From positions 744,001 through 808,000 of the forward strand of contig CM102285.1 of the NCBI GenBank assembly GCA_046563655.1: a stretch of 64,000 bases of DNA, written 5' to 3'. This stretch comes from Yuukianura sp. NJ FZ-2021. Its lineage: Eukaryota. Position numbers and translations under genes: made by a program. Position 1 is the first letter of the stretch. Every line of letters begins with the position of its first letter. This document shows, in pieces, positions 26,948-40,581 of the stretch. The notes under the pieces are model-generated. The model did no database searches. It was not told the DNA's origin and saw only the letters and a list, made by a program, of their open reading frames with translations.

Positions 26948-29508
26948 ATGGACAACGTGGAACTTCGCGGAAGTGGACTCGGGAAAACTGTACTCTTCAC
27001 ATCTGAGTCAGTAGGTGAAGGTCATCCGGACAAGATGTGTGACCAAATCAGCGATGCCATTCTGGACGCTCATCTCAAACAGGACAAAGATGCTAAAGTG
27101 GCATGTGGTAACATCGTCGTAAAATTGTCGTGTCTTATTAATCTAATTAATCTGGTAGCTGTCATCATCTGTCATCGTTTTTTTTGTATTTATAGAGGCT
27201 GCAACGAAGACCGGCATGGTTTTTGTCTTCGGAGAAGTGTCATCTAAAGCCGTCGTGGACACTCAGCAAGTCATCCGTGAAACGGTCAAGAGGATCGGTT
27301 ACGATCACTCATCCAAAGGTTAACTTACTGAACGGATAGTGACATGTCAAGTTGTTCACACCGTTATGTCACCAATGCTGCTGCTGCTAAAATCTGCTTT
27401 ATTTTTCTGGCTACAGGATTTGACTACAAAACATGTAACGTCCTTGTGGCTTTGGAAGAGCAGTCACCGAATATCGCCGCCGGAGTATTTGTGGACAAAC
27501 CGCCAGAGATGATTGGTGCGGGTGACCAGGTATTTGAACGACATTGAACAAAATCTTCTGCAAATTCATCATAATTCTGTGATGATTTCAGGGTCTGATG
27601 TTTGGTTATGCGACGAACGAAACTCCCGAACTCATGCCTCTGACAACCGTACTTGCCCATAAACTCAACGAGAAGTTGGCCCTGTTCCGTCGCAATGGCA
27701 CTTTCCCATGGGCTGGTCCTGACACCAAGACTCAAGTGACTTGTGAATATCGTCTGGACAATGGAGAGGCCATTCCCGTCCGTGTACATACCGTTGTCGT
27801 CTCTGTCCAACATACAGATAAGGTCACTCTGGAAGAGATCCGACGAGAGGTGGAGGACAAGGTGATTCGAGCTACAATTCCAACGATCTACTTGGATGAT
27901 GACTTGATCTGTCACATTAACCCATGCGGGGACTTTCTCATTGGTGGACCACAGGTAGATACCATTTTGGTCACTAACTACAACTTGACAGTTTATGTTT
28001 AACGAGTGCCGTCATGTTACAGGGTGACGCAGGGCTCACTGGACGCAAGATTATCGTCGACACCTATGGTGGGTGGGGAGCTCATGGCGGGGGAGCCTTT
28101 TCGGGCAAGGATCCTACAAAAGTGGACCGATCAGCTGCTTATGCTGCTCGATGGGTGGCCAAGTCCCTCGTGGCTTCTGGTACAGAGGGTGGGGCAGCTT
28201 TATTTGGACACTTTTCGAATTAGTATTTAACTAAGTAATTGTCACCGATGGATTTGGGATGTAGCCTCTACATATAGCCCATTGACCTTAGTAACCAACC
28301 GCAACCTCATTTTCCCCTCAACAAACATCCTTGTGACCTTTCCCGGGGTCACACGATTCCACCCCTCATTTAAAAGTTTCCAGACCCCTTCGATGGTCTG
28401 CTCCCGACGTCGGAATAGGCGCTGTTTAAGTGTCCCAAACCCGTAAAAGTCCATGGGGCTGATGTCTGGGCCTTTGACATGGATGAGGGCCTTTGGCAAA
28501 ACACTTTCGCGGAATGTGACCTTGAGGTCAGCTGCATAGCCTTGACCTTTCCTTGATGTGTGTGATGAAGCTTTATCATGGTGAATAATGACCTTGTTGA
28601 CCTCGTTTCCGTAATTTCCAGGCACGTACACTTCCACCAAAGCCTTCAGAACGTGCTCAATGGAGAATTCAGCGTTGACCTTGACCTTTGGGGGGACTTT
28701 GATGAGGGGTACTACGCCCTTCCCGCACATTGCTCAAACTTTTTCACAAAACTTTTTTTCTCTGTGAAATCCAGGTCTGAGGACTCTTGCTTTTTTTTGG
28801 CAAAATTGGGGTTTGTGACGAATGACACACGTGTTTTTGCCAGTTTTTCGAATTTTACCATTTCAATTAGCTATATTAACGATTGGAGACGCGTTGACAC
28901 TGTGACCTTTGACCCTGAGCCTTTTTTGAACTACTTTGAGCCTTAAACCTTCACTGGAAACTGTTTTTTGATAGTGTTAATTTCGAAACTCAATATCTTT
29001 GGCATTTTTCTGCCGATTTGTATGAAATTCGCGCCACATATTCCCAACAACATTATGAATAAGTGGTTAAAATTTTAAGACTCTAGAAATTACAGGACAA
29101 TAGCAATCAGACTTCAAAGTTGTCCAAATAAAGCTGCCCCACCCTCTGTATTTGCAAGCGCGTTCTGGTTCAAGTATCCTATGCCATTGGTGTTCCTGAA
29201 CCCCTGTCCATTAGTGTATTTGACTACGGCACTTCCAGCAAGGACTCGGATGAACTTCTGGAAATTGTCAAAACCAACTTTGATCTCCGACCTGGTGTCA
29301 TAATTGAGTAAGTTTTGACATGATTATTCCCAGTTTCCACTCCCTGATGAAATCGTGGTCGGCTGAAGCTGATGAGATTGTGCTTTTGTCTGTTCACAGG
29401 GACTTGGACTTGAAGCGACCAATTTATCACAAAACTTCTGTCTACGGTCACTTCGGCCGAAATGATCCGGAATTCACTTGGGAACAGCCCAAGAAACTGA
29501 TCTTCTAG
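26948..29508 (+). CDS. SamS: S-adenosylmethionine synthetase, with one exon interrupted by a transposon
   Basis: [19 protein letters not shown] and GGGAFSGKD signatures; C-terminus YGHFGR..FTWEQPK. Confidence 0.95.
28183..29148 (-). mobile_element. Tc1/mariner-superfamily element (D41D-spaced transposase remnant), internally deleted
   Basis: Perfect 28-bp TIRs CAGAGGGTGGGGCAGCTTTATTTGGACA and a TA TSD. ORF 28242-28730 has HHDKASSH...PDISPMDF. Confidence 0.95.
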
Positions 29509-31130
29509 AAATCAGCATTCCTTAAGTCGTATCTTCAAGTTCATTTCTCAAAACCTCTTCTACAATACTTGAAAATCTGGTTTTCTTCAATAACATTCCT
29601 GGTGATTTTGTTTTGATTTTGAATTTATTTGTTACATTTTGTTTCTAATAACTTATGTTAATTCAGGTAGCGTTTAGTGAAACACTTATTTTATATAAGG
29701 AATAACAATAAATTATTTAATGAATAATGATGAACAGAAACAGCGATTGTTGTGTGCTTCATTGTTGCTGATTATTGAAGGCTTTGAGAAAAGGGGGGAA
29801 TTTCAAATCGTGCGAAGAACAGCTGACGATTGTTTCTGTTTTCCATTCATATCATCATATTTCAGTCTCATCCTCATCTTCTTCAGTAATCAGTAAATTG
29901 CGAAACTAATTAATTTGGTACGACAATTAGGCAGTACTCATCAATACTGCCGCAGTTCATTGTGGACAATATTATTAAAAACAAGTAAGAAGTGAGTGAT
30001 TAATTTTAATAACCACATTAAAGTTTTACAAAATTTAATTACTTGATACTTATCAAGTTGATAGTGGTTTGGTTACTGCGTATATTTTTAGAGTAGAAAA
30101 GTACTAACCCCATGTTTTTTTTCATTTGTGCAGTAATCCAAATAGCCTTGATTCGATAAGCCTTATGTTACTTTCGGGTTCCCGTCGTTTAATATTCAAC
30201 ACTCAAGAGTTCTAATCCTCCTAGTCCTAATAGTCAATATGCGTAATGCATCGATTATCCGTTAAGCTACTACTCAGCGCACCGGTAACTGCTATATCTT
30301 TGTGAATTTATGATTTTTGTAATTTTGATTATGGATGGCGGATGGTGTACAGTGTGCTAATTGTTTCTGTCTTGATTTTTTAGGAGTTTGACGGCTAATT
30401 TGAAGTTTTCCCTACCATCTGGCTACCCACTGTGGCATCGAGAAGCTCAATTTAAGATTGAAAGGCGTGACTACTCAAGTAATCTGTCTGCAAATTCTTT
30501 TGCTCTCAAGTTCATCTTATTGAAGTAGGAATCTTGGATTGACTGGTTGAGGAGCCCAAGCTATTGTCTATTTCTTCTCCTGTTCCATCTTCATACTCTA
30601 TTTTTGGAATCAGTTGTCTTAAGACAGATAACATAAGCACTCCCATGTTCCAGACGAAGACAATGGTGGATTCAATTTCAATATCAGCGAATTAGGCTCC
30701 CTTGCCCTCGTGTCTGCCTATCTTTCACGCGCAGAGGAAGTTACACGTTTTGACATCATCGGTATTACATACTACCGATTCGGTAGTCGATCGTGTCCAG
30801 TCTTATTGTAAGTTTTTAGTTGATCTAATTCTAATCTGTGTCGAACCAGAGTTTTTTCAAGCTCAATGAATTTTGTAACCTAGGTCCTGGGACAAGCACA
30901 CTAGACTGAGGTGTGAGATACGCAAGAGTTGAAGTAAGGTGATAAGCGAATTAGATTTAGATTAGAGGCGTAGTACTAGTTAAATCAAAAAGTAAACTTG
31001 ACATTTCCATTAGCAGTGGAAACTGACTATGATATCCGTCATTTGTTATTATATTTCTGCATTACATTTCCAGAAAAACTTTTCATCTTCCACACCGAAT
31101 GCAGAGATTCGGTCTACAAAGAACAAGAAA

Positions 31131-33640
31131 ATGGGCAATCCAGAAGAAAAATCTGTCACGAAAGAAGATACTGCAGAGGATACTGACACCGATGCCATCA
31201 AACTCAAACGAAAAATCGGATTACTCGAAGGAACAGCTATAACAATCGGAGCAATCGTTGGTTCAGGTGAGTTGAAACAAAGTCACATGATTAATTTAAA
31301 CTAAGACGTCCTTTAACTTAGTTGAACCAAAACGAGTTAATCACGATTTTGTGTGCCTTGGTTAGGAATCTTCATCTCTCCAGAAGGAATCGTGTCAGCC
31401 GTTGGATCCGTGGGCTTGTCACTAATCATATGGGTAGCTTCAGGTCTCGTCTCACTCATCGGCAGTGTTTGTTACGCCGAATTGGGAACGTCCCTTCAAG
31501 GGTCCGGTGGAGACTACCATTATCTGTATGAAGCCTTCGGCCCTATTCCGGCTTTTCTGTTCGTCTGGACTTCCGCGGCAGTGTTGATGTAAAGTCTCTA
31601 CAATTTTTTGAAACAAGTTTTTGAAAAAAAAATTGAAAAGTTTTATTTCATTGTTGGTTTTTGACAATTCCAGTCCCTGCAACATTGCTATCCTTGCCTT
31701 ATCGTTTGCTCAGTACTTGATTCAACCGATGTTTGCTGACAATACTCCACTGCCAGATGCTTCCGTGAAACTACTGGCAGCAGTTGCAATTTGTTTCCTG
31801 GTGGCAGTCAACTGTTGGGACGTTGGTACTTCTACGAAGATCCAAAATGGTTTTACTTTTGTGAAGTTGCTGGCTCTCTTACTCATTATAGTCATCGGAG
31901 TTATTCAAATAGTCAAACGTAAAAGTTGGATTTTCGTTTTCAAAGTTTTCAAAAAAAAAAATGTCAGTTTCATCGTTTTTGATATTTTAGAAGGGGGAAA
32001 GCAGTTTGAAGATCCGTTTAAAAATTCCAAATGGCACGTTGGCAATATCACACTCGCTTTCTTTTCTGGAATTTATGCCTACGGAGGAGCCAATACTCTC
32101 AATTTCATGACAGAAGAAGTTCGGAATCCAACAAAGTAAGCTAATGAACTTAAAATTTTAGCATTTTTTTTTTTGAGAAATTTTTGAATCCTGATTCTGG
32201 ATTTAAAAAAAAAACAGTAACATAAATCCTGTTTTTTTTTTTTTTTTTTGCAGGACTCTGCCGAGAGCCATTTTCTTGTCAATGTTCACCGTGATCATAG
32301 CTTATGTATTGGCAAACATGGCCTACTTTTCGGTAATGACACCTCAAGAAATTGTGGACTCCGATGCTGTTGCAGTGGTGAGGAAGCGTTTATTATACAC
32401 TGAATACGCTGATCGCTGAAGCGGATCGCTGATTTCGCTGATCTTCTGAAATTTTCTAGTCGTTTGGAATCAAAACGTTGGGAGATGGTGCCTGGATTAT
32501 CTCAGCTTTTGTTGTCATTTCAACTTTTGGTGGCCTTGGAGTTGTCATTCTGCAAATGTCAAGGTAAAGTTAAACAAAATTTCGTTTTTTTTTTTTTCGA
32601 AATTTCAAAATGAAATGGATGTGATAATTTCAAGATTTTTTTTTAAAGGTTGCTCTTTGTCGGAGCTAGAAATGGTCACATGCCGCATCTTCTCTGTTAC
32701 ATTCAAATCCAGCGATTAACTCCAGCCCCTGCTCTAATTTTCATGGTAAGGATAAAAACATGATATTTTGGAACATTTTTCTCACAATTTTTTTTTTTTT
32801 TTTTGTTCAAAATTTATGATTTTTTGTTTTTGATTTTTAGGGACTCGTTTCACTTTGTTACTTGACGACCTCCAGCGTTCACGATCTTATCAACTACGGA
32901 GGTTTCATATACAATCTAACGGCAGTTGGAATCGCTGGAGTCATTTTATACCTCCGAAGAGTCCGTCCTGAACTTGTGCGCCCAGTCAAAGTAAGTTGAC
33001 ATTCTTAAATCGATTTCGATATTACTAGAAAGAGAGAAGAAAAATACATGGCTGAGATGGGATTCGAACCCTCATCGCTGGGTTCCAGCGTAATCGCTCT
33101 CACCATTGATCTAGCCCTACCTTCCTGCTGTCAAATGCTGCCTGAACCGATCCATTTTACCTGGATGAAATGAAAGCTAAAATCCTAAGTTAGGTGTTGA
33201 TTGTTTTCAATTTACGTTAACTATTTAATTGATTTTGTGCGTAGGTGCCTTTGATATATCCAATTTTGTATCTGATCATCTCCTTGTGCCTCTTCATGTT
33301 GCCAATACTCACGGCTCCAGTGGAAGCTGCTGTTGGATGTGGCATTATGCTCACAGGGCTTCCAATCTACTACTTACTTGTCTTTCCGTCCAAGGTCACG
33401 GCTCGACTCCAGACGAACGTACAACGTACAATGGGTATGCGCTCAACTCAAAACAATATATGATTTAAAAAAAAGTTCTACAATTTGAAAAAATAATGAA
33501 GAAACGATGTGAATTTGTGTTTTTTTTTCAGCTTCTGTGACAAAAGTTTTTCAGAAACTGTTGGTGTCTGTTCCAGAAGAAAAGGGGAATGACGAAGACC
33601 TCTTGGCACCACACAACTCTGAAACTGATTCTACTAAATG
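31131..33640 (+). CDS. SLC7 L-type/b(0,+) amino acid transporter light chain
   Basis: [10 protein letters not shown]...[25 protein letters not shown]...[11 protein letters not shown]; about 10 exons with GT-AG introns. Confidence 0.92.
33050..33118 (-). repeat. tRNA-derived module in an intron
   Basis: Minus strand TAGATCAATGGTGAGAGC...GATGAGGGTTCGAATCCCA has A/B boxes followed by a T-run; the cloverleaf is imperfect. Confidence 0.6.
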
Positions 33641-34089
33641 AAGATTTTATGATTTTATTAAGGTTAACCTGTTAACCCGGGGGCTAACACGGGTTAACAG
33701 GTTCGTTTTGCCAATTTATGTGACTTTTGCCAACTATATATGCTCATCGATAGATTTATGGATTAGTAATTTGTTCAACTGATGGTGTTATTTACATGCT
33801 CAAGTTGCAAAATCAATCGAATTAAGTTAGTCAAACAGAGTTTTTATATTATTCAACTTTTACTAAAAAAAATCTTAATATAAAAGACAATTTTTTTTTA
33901 AATTCGTTTTTTTTTTAAACTTGTCATGCCGATTTTTTGAAAATTATCTGTTGCTGAATGTCAACAACTTCAAAACTAGCAAAACAAGTAAGTTGCGATA
34001 CATTCTACTATAATTTTTTTTATTTTGTACTTTATGAAATATTTTTGTAATTTTAAGTTTTTAGTACTGAAATCGCTGAAATCCTGGGC

Positions 34090-36101
34090 ATGGATACTCT
34101 TGAAGGCCAAGCTAAATTGGACGCTGGAGCTGGAACCAATCAAAATCCTCCTAGAAATCCGGCGCCAATTTCCCGCTACTACGGAGTTCCAAGTGACTTT
34201 CGATCGCTGGATCGCTTCGGACGAAGAATCAACTGGGAACCGCTGAAATCGCTCGGGCAAGACCAACTTCCAGAAGATGTGCAAGTATATATTGGCAACT
34301 TGCCACCCCCTACGAGTCAAGCACCGCTGCAGCCTTTGACCTTGACATTCAAAAATCCTGCAAGAGTCAAGGGAATTCACTTCGACGGAGTGCTGTCGCA
34401 GTTGCAGTTTGAAATCCTAGCCGTTCCGCTCGTGAATCTCAAGACGCTGGAGCTGCATCTTTCAGCGCTGGCTGGATTGACGCTGAAACACACTTTGATT
34501 CGACTTGACCTCTTGACCAACCTCAAAATTTCGTCGCTGAACTTTGGGCTGAAAGATGTTCAGCACTGTGACATGGACCTGATCTTCACCAATGCAATTT
34601 TTCTCATCAACATTCATTTTCCATCGCTCAAATACTTGGCCCTGTCCGTCCCCACGCTGATTTCAAAAGAAGCTGTCTGGACTGAAGGAGTTGTCCAATC
34701 GCTGCTGAGGAACAAGCGATCCCTCCAATCGCTGAATCTGGAGTCGCCGTTTCCCATACTAGAGGCTGATCATCCACCAGCAGAGGCGGTGCCATTTGAA
34801 TTCCCGCGCAGATTTGAACGGGAAGCGAAGGAAATTAAGTTAACAACATTCCACTACTTCGTCACGGTACCCACGGCCAGTTTAAATTTTTGGCGCAAGT
34901 TCAGTTTGACCCAGACGTCGCTGGAATATTTTCATTTCTGGGTCGAATGTCCCCAAAAAACGAAGTTTCCAGTGCCATCACTGGAGGACATTTTGAAAAA
35001 CAACCGCGCCACAATTCAAACCGTGGCGGTGAGTCAGTTGGCAGTGGCGGAAGACAGGAGTGGAGCTGGACCTGTTTTGAACGGAAGCGCTTTTCAGCAC
35101 TGTTTGAATCTGAAAACGCTGTACATCGTCGGAGATGCTCAACCTGAGTCACGAATAGGTAAGTCAGTGAAGAAAAAAGTTGAATCCAAGGTAGATTCGA
35201 ACCCGTGGTCTCAAAAATTTTCGAAAACAATATGGCGGTTGGGAACATTCGCTGGAATATCCGCTTTCCATTATTCCAATTGCTCCATCCTTCGATACTT
35301 TATAGACTGGAGCCGGATAGCTCAAGGGTTAGAGTGCTTCCCGGAGAGAAGCGATGTGTGTTCGAATCCCACTCGGTGACTTATTTTTTTCTACACTCTC
35401 GTTCTTTGTCTCTCATGTCTTGTCACAACTGAACGTCACAACTACTTCCATTTTTGTATTCGTCAGGTCAAAGGTAATCTATTTTTGTATTTTTAGGTCA
35501 AATGTCAAGTCCTTCGTTCAAATACTTCAATCTGCTGCCGTACTCGATCGAAACTTTGCGGATTCACAACATGATGCTGTCTCTGTCCGACACGAAGTTC
35601 ATCACCAACAATTTACAGAATTTGAAACACCTGCAACTTGTCAACATCGGGGAAGACGAAGTACTTGGCATGAGCGTCGACTGCCTCAGTACTGTCATGT
35701 CCAAGAAAACGCTGGAACGAGTCGAGATCATCGCTGGAGTGAACCAGCCCAGTCTGGAACCAACTACAGACGATCGTGGTTGGAAGAACATTGCAAAAAT
35801 TTTATTTCAAAATCAGCATCATTCTTGGTTCAGAGCAGGAAGGAACTTGAAAACAAAAGTGTTCGAGATCATTGAAAGTGAAGACGAGTCGAGTGAGGAT
35901 GATGACAGTGACGATGGACACTCTGACACATCGGGGTCAGAGGTCACTGACCTCGTGGACATGGACAGGTCAACTGCCAAACACCAAATCCATGAATCAG
36001 ATGATGTTTCGCGTCTCCTCAACTCAAATGCACGAAAACTATATGGAAATGTCAAATTCAGTTTGACCACAAGTAGCGGCCACTTCAATCAAAATGACTA
36101 A
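34090..36101 (+). CDS. LRR/RNI-like protein with an acidic C-terminal patch
   Basis: LRR-like repeats (LVNLKTLEL, FPSLKYLAL, CLNLKTLYI, LQNLKHLQL); intron at ~35159-35497 (GTAAGT...TTTAG). Confidence 0.7.
35312..35377 (+). repeat. tRNA-derived module in an intron
   Basis: GCCGGATAGCTCAAGGGTTAGAG...GTTCGAATCCCACTCGGT followed by a T-run; related to the copy at 60002-60066. Confidence 0.65.
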
Positions 36102-37228
36102 CTGGGCAATTCGAGGTTTTCAAAAAAAAAAAAATTAAGTCAACAAAAAAATTTTTTTATACCACCCGGAATGAAAATTGAGAAAATTTGGACAATTTCA
36201 TATTCAAACTTTTGAAAAATGTAAAAAGAGGTGACGCAGCAGAAGAGTCGAACTTTTAGATTTCACGAACTAAAATGAGTCAGGCAGAAATAAAAGAAAG
36301 TAAATTTAACTTTTATGAATTGAAAAACAAAAATTTTGTTTTTGACTTTTTTTTTATTTGAGTTGAATTTAAACGTAGAGTTAACTTATATGTATTTACG
36401 TATTCGTAGCTTTTAACATAAGGCGACGACGTTGCAGTTTCTGTTGAAATTCTCTTTTCCTCCCTGCCTATCTTGAATGGACTTTTCCCATGAAAAATGA
36501 ACTTGCATCTCAGGACATGCTAATACTTCCCACCAGTAAACTACGCTTAAGCCACGCCCTAAAATTTTGAAAATTTCACACTCTGTTCAGAATTTGATCA
36601 GAAATGGAGCGGTGGTTTCCAAATTTGTGTGGGTTGCTTAGCAGCGGAGTAATTCGAGGTCAAAGTTGAGCATAGGCAGTTTCTGTCTTGAGCAAATCGT
36701 GTCTTCTGCCTCCACTCAAATCAAAATTACGAAACAACGGATGGACGGAATTTCATGAAATCAAAACCAAAATGAAGGGCAAGGACACCGCTATGTCCAG
36801 TCAAAAAATCAAACTCCAAAGTTTGTCCAAAATTTTTAGAAATAAGAAGAAATTGCCAAAAATTTTGGAAATCGGGGGATAGGCTCCTCGCAAATCACGT
36901 CTAACTTTTTATCGGAAGGGCGGATTTCGATGGCACAAAAATCAGTTGATAGCTAAGTGTATGAGCTATCATGTGGCTCCAAAAATTTTCCAAAAAACGT
37001 TTTCCAAAATGGAGAAAATTTTAAAAAAGTGTGAAAAGAAAACACAAAGAGGATGAGGGAGAGTGGGATTTTGGTGTTCGGAAGAGTGAAATTTTGAAGT
37101 GGCTGCTCCGACGGTCGCACCTTGGATCAACACCAAAGCAGCCTCGGCTCAACCACTTATTCAAACGCCATTTTGCAAAATCGAAATTCTGCTTCACAAA
37201 TTCAATTTTGAAATTTAAAATTTCGAAA

Positions 37229-37996
37229 ATGTCCGACTCAGAAACTGCCGTTGAAGCTGAGGCTGCCCCAGCCCCAGCCGCTGCTGCTGCGAAGGGCAAA
37301 GGTCGAGGTCGTCCTGCAGCCACAAAACCGAAAACGCCCAAGGCCAAACCAGCCCCGAAGGAGAAGAAGCCGCCCTTACCGAAGAAAGCAGTGAAGAAGT
37401 CTTCCGACCATCCGAGTACTGCCATCATGGTGACTGAGGCTGTCAAGGGCCTGGGTGAGCGTGGTGGTTCGTCCCTTAAGGCCATCAAGAAGTACATTTC
37501 TGACCATCACAAGGTGGATGCTGAGAAATTGGCTCCCTTCATCCGGAAGTTCCTCAAGTCCGCCGTGGCTGCTGGTACTCTTGTGCAGGTCAAAGGTAAA
37601 GGTGCCAACGGTTCCTTCAAACTTCCTGGAGCTGGTGGGGCGTCCAAGCCAAAGGCTGCTGCCACCAAGAAAGCTGCTTCTCCAAAGAAAACCGCCGTTG
37701 CTAAGAAACCTGCAGCAAAGAAAGCAGCATCTCCCGCGAAGGCTGCTTCCCCACCAAAGAAGTCTCCCCCTAAGAAGGCTCCTGCAGCAGCGAAGAAAGC
37801 CCCACCAAAGGTCTCTCCGAAGAAAGCTGCCCCACCGAAAAAGGCCCCCGCACCGAAGAAGGCTGCTTCCCCACCAAAAGCCGCCTCTCCTGCCCCACCA
37901 AAGGCTGAGGCTAAACCCACCAAGGCTCCTGCTAAATCCAAGAAAGCTCCCGCCAAAAAGCCAGCCGCAAAGAAGGCCCCTGCCAAAAAGAAGTAA
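37229..37996 (+). CDS. His1: Histone H1
   Basis: H15 globular domain (DHPST...GERGGSSLKAIKKYI...KGKGANGSFKL), a K/A/P-rich tail with SPxK motifs, and a 3' stem-loop. Confidence 0.97.
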   Translation: MSDSETAVEAEAAPAPAAAAAKGKGRGRPAATKPKTPKAKPAPKEKKPPLPKKAVKKSSDHPSTAIMVTEAVKGLGERGGSSLKAIKKYISDHHKVDAEKLAPFIRKFLKSAVAAGTLVQVKGKGANGSFKLPGAGGASKPKAAATKKAASPKKTAVAKKPAAKKAASPAKAASPPKKSPPKKAPAAAKKAPPKVSPKKAAPPKKAPAPKKAASPPKAASPAPPKAEAKPTKAPAKSKKAPAKKPAAKKAPAKKK

Positions 37997-38034
37997 ATTA
38001 TTTCCCTCGCATCTCTAGCCATATTTAAACCAAA

Positions 38035-38050
38035 GGCCCTTTTAAGGGCC
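38035..38050 (+). terminator. Histone 3' stem-loop (H1)
   Basis: GGCCCTTTTAAGGGCC followed by ACC and a downstream AAAGAG (HDE-like). Confidence 0.95.
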
Positions 38051-38297
38051 ACCAAAATTTACAAAGAGCGAAAAAAAAGTTTTGGCGGCTTCGGAAGTCC
38101 CTTTGAAAATGAGGGGAGAGAAGAGGGGCGGAGAGGGAGAACACCAATACAAAGCAGTGAGTGAGTCATGCATTCTTCGTTTGTAGACCACCGAGAGGAT
38201 TTTTGTACACTCTTCGGTCCGCACTCCTTGTTAAAAACCATGTACACAAGGGGAAGCAGCCATTCTACGACTCATTTCTCCACTGTTTGTTCTCTGA

Positions 38298-38642
<345 letters not shown>

Positions 38643-38679
38643 ACATCAAAGTCCTCTCCAACATCAACATCCAACCAAC

Positions 38680-38695
38680 GGCCCTTTTAAGGGCC
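38680..38695 (+). terminator. Histone 3' stem-loop (H4)
   Basis: GGCCCTTTTAAGGGCC followed by AAAGAG. Confidence 0.95.
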
Positions 38696-39261
38696 ACCAC
38701 AATTTACAAAGAGCAAAAATCATTATGTTCGTATAATTAAGTTCGAAATTGCATTTTTACTTGACGCTTGCATTGAAGGTGTGTTGTCCCATTGGATTTT
38801 GGTCTGTTAATTTCAAAATCTTGAACAAACTACGATGTGGTTTTGTTACTTTCAAGTTTCAGTTCAATGAAGTAAAAAGTTAAATGAATTACATACAAGA
38901 AATGATGTGCTGAATGATGTTAAAAGTTATTTAATTGATATGAAGTTAAAGCAAATGAAAGGAATTGTTGAAATCTAGGGAGAATTCAGTTTGTTTCGAA
39001 AGTTCTGGGTTGTTTTAACAGCATAATTGCAACCGTGTCAGTAAAGAATTGACGAGTCGATGAAGAAAACGCAGTTTAGTTAGTATTTAGTTTAATCATG
39101 ATTAAAACTTGAACGTAATTAACGTCATTCAGTTTTTGTTTCGATTGTTCCCGTCGTCTTCTTTATTTTGCCTTTCGGTCCGCACCAGAAGTTTGAAAGT
39201 TTGAATTTCCCGCAGCTGCTGTTTTTTTGTCGCTCCTCCTACCCAAAATTCCCCTTCGTGT

Positions 39262-39775
<514 letters not shown>

Positions 39776-39815
39776 AAATCTACACAATTCAACTTTACTT
39801 CTATTTATGACCAAA

Positions 39816-39831
39816 GGCCCTTTTAAGGGCC
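39816..39831 (+). terminator. Histone 3' stem-loop (H2A)
   Basis: GGCCCTTTTAAGGGCC followed by AAAGAG. Confidence 0.95.
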
Positions 39832-40438
39832 ACCAAAATTTACAAAGAGCAAAAACCTAACCAGAATCAAATACAATTCACAACTTTGCAATTAATTTTT
39901 TAAACATTCCGTCGTCCGGGTGTTCACTTTGATTTTTACACAGTTCGAATTCCATTTAAATCTCAATGACGAAATAAATAAAACTTTGACCTCCACTCAA
40001 AATGTCAATTGAATTTGAACGATAAACTCCGCTCACCTCGATCTGTTCAAAAGCAAATCATGAACTCTGAGCTTAATTTCATGCCGAAATTAAACTCAAC
40101 GTCAACTCATTAACGGAATTTAAAGATGTGCTGATTCTATCTTGTCATCAGTCATCATAAAAAGCTCTGTTTTTAATTTTTAGCTTTAGCTAGGCACCAT
40201 TTTCTGCTTTTTCGTTTTTCGACGTGTTTTTTCAATAGTTTTTGGCAATTCTCCGCTTCATCTGGCAAGAACGGAGAAGCATTTGAATTTGGAGAAAGAG
40301 GGGGAGAAAAATCAGAAGCCGATGATGACGACGCTCTTTTGTTTTTTGTTTGTGTTTTTGGCACGGGGGTTTGGTGGAGTTGGGATGGTCCCTCCATGCA
40401 TTTTGTGCATTGCCACCCCATCCATTTCACCACCCTCC

Positions 40439-40493
40439 AACTCCAAAAGAGTAAAATCATCTCGAATTCTACTCCTCTCGGGTCCATATAAAA
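40439..40493 (+). promoter_or_regulatory. Original H2B promoter, now separated from the ORF
   Basis: AACTCCAAAAGAGTAAAA plus TATAAAA at 40487, followed by a leader and ATGCCAC at 40575. Confidence 0.75.
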
Positions 40494-40581
40494 GGGGAGA
40501 CACAACAGAGTCCTCTCATTCACTCCACAAAAGTCTCTCGATTCTCTCTCTCGACAACCGAAAACCAAGTCAAGATGCCAC

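Noticed and set aside
35312-35377. Functional tRNA gene
   Set aside because: Acceptor and anticodon stems are imperfect and the length is short, so it is treated as a tRNA-derived module.
36400-37000. Possible non-autonomous TE upstream of H1
   Set aside because: Composition is suggestive, but I could not define TIRs or a TSD.
37031-37228. N-terminal extensions of H1 (and of H2A at 39284-39400)
   Set aside because: They begin at GTG codons within promoter/UTR sequence; canonical ATGs are at 37229 and 39401.
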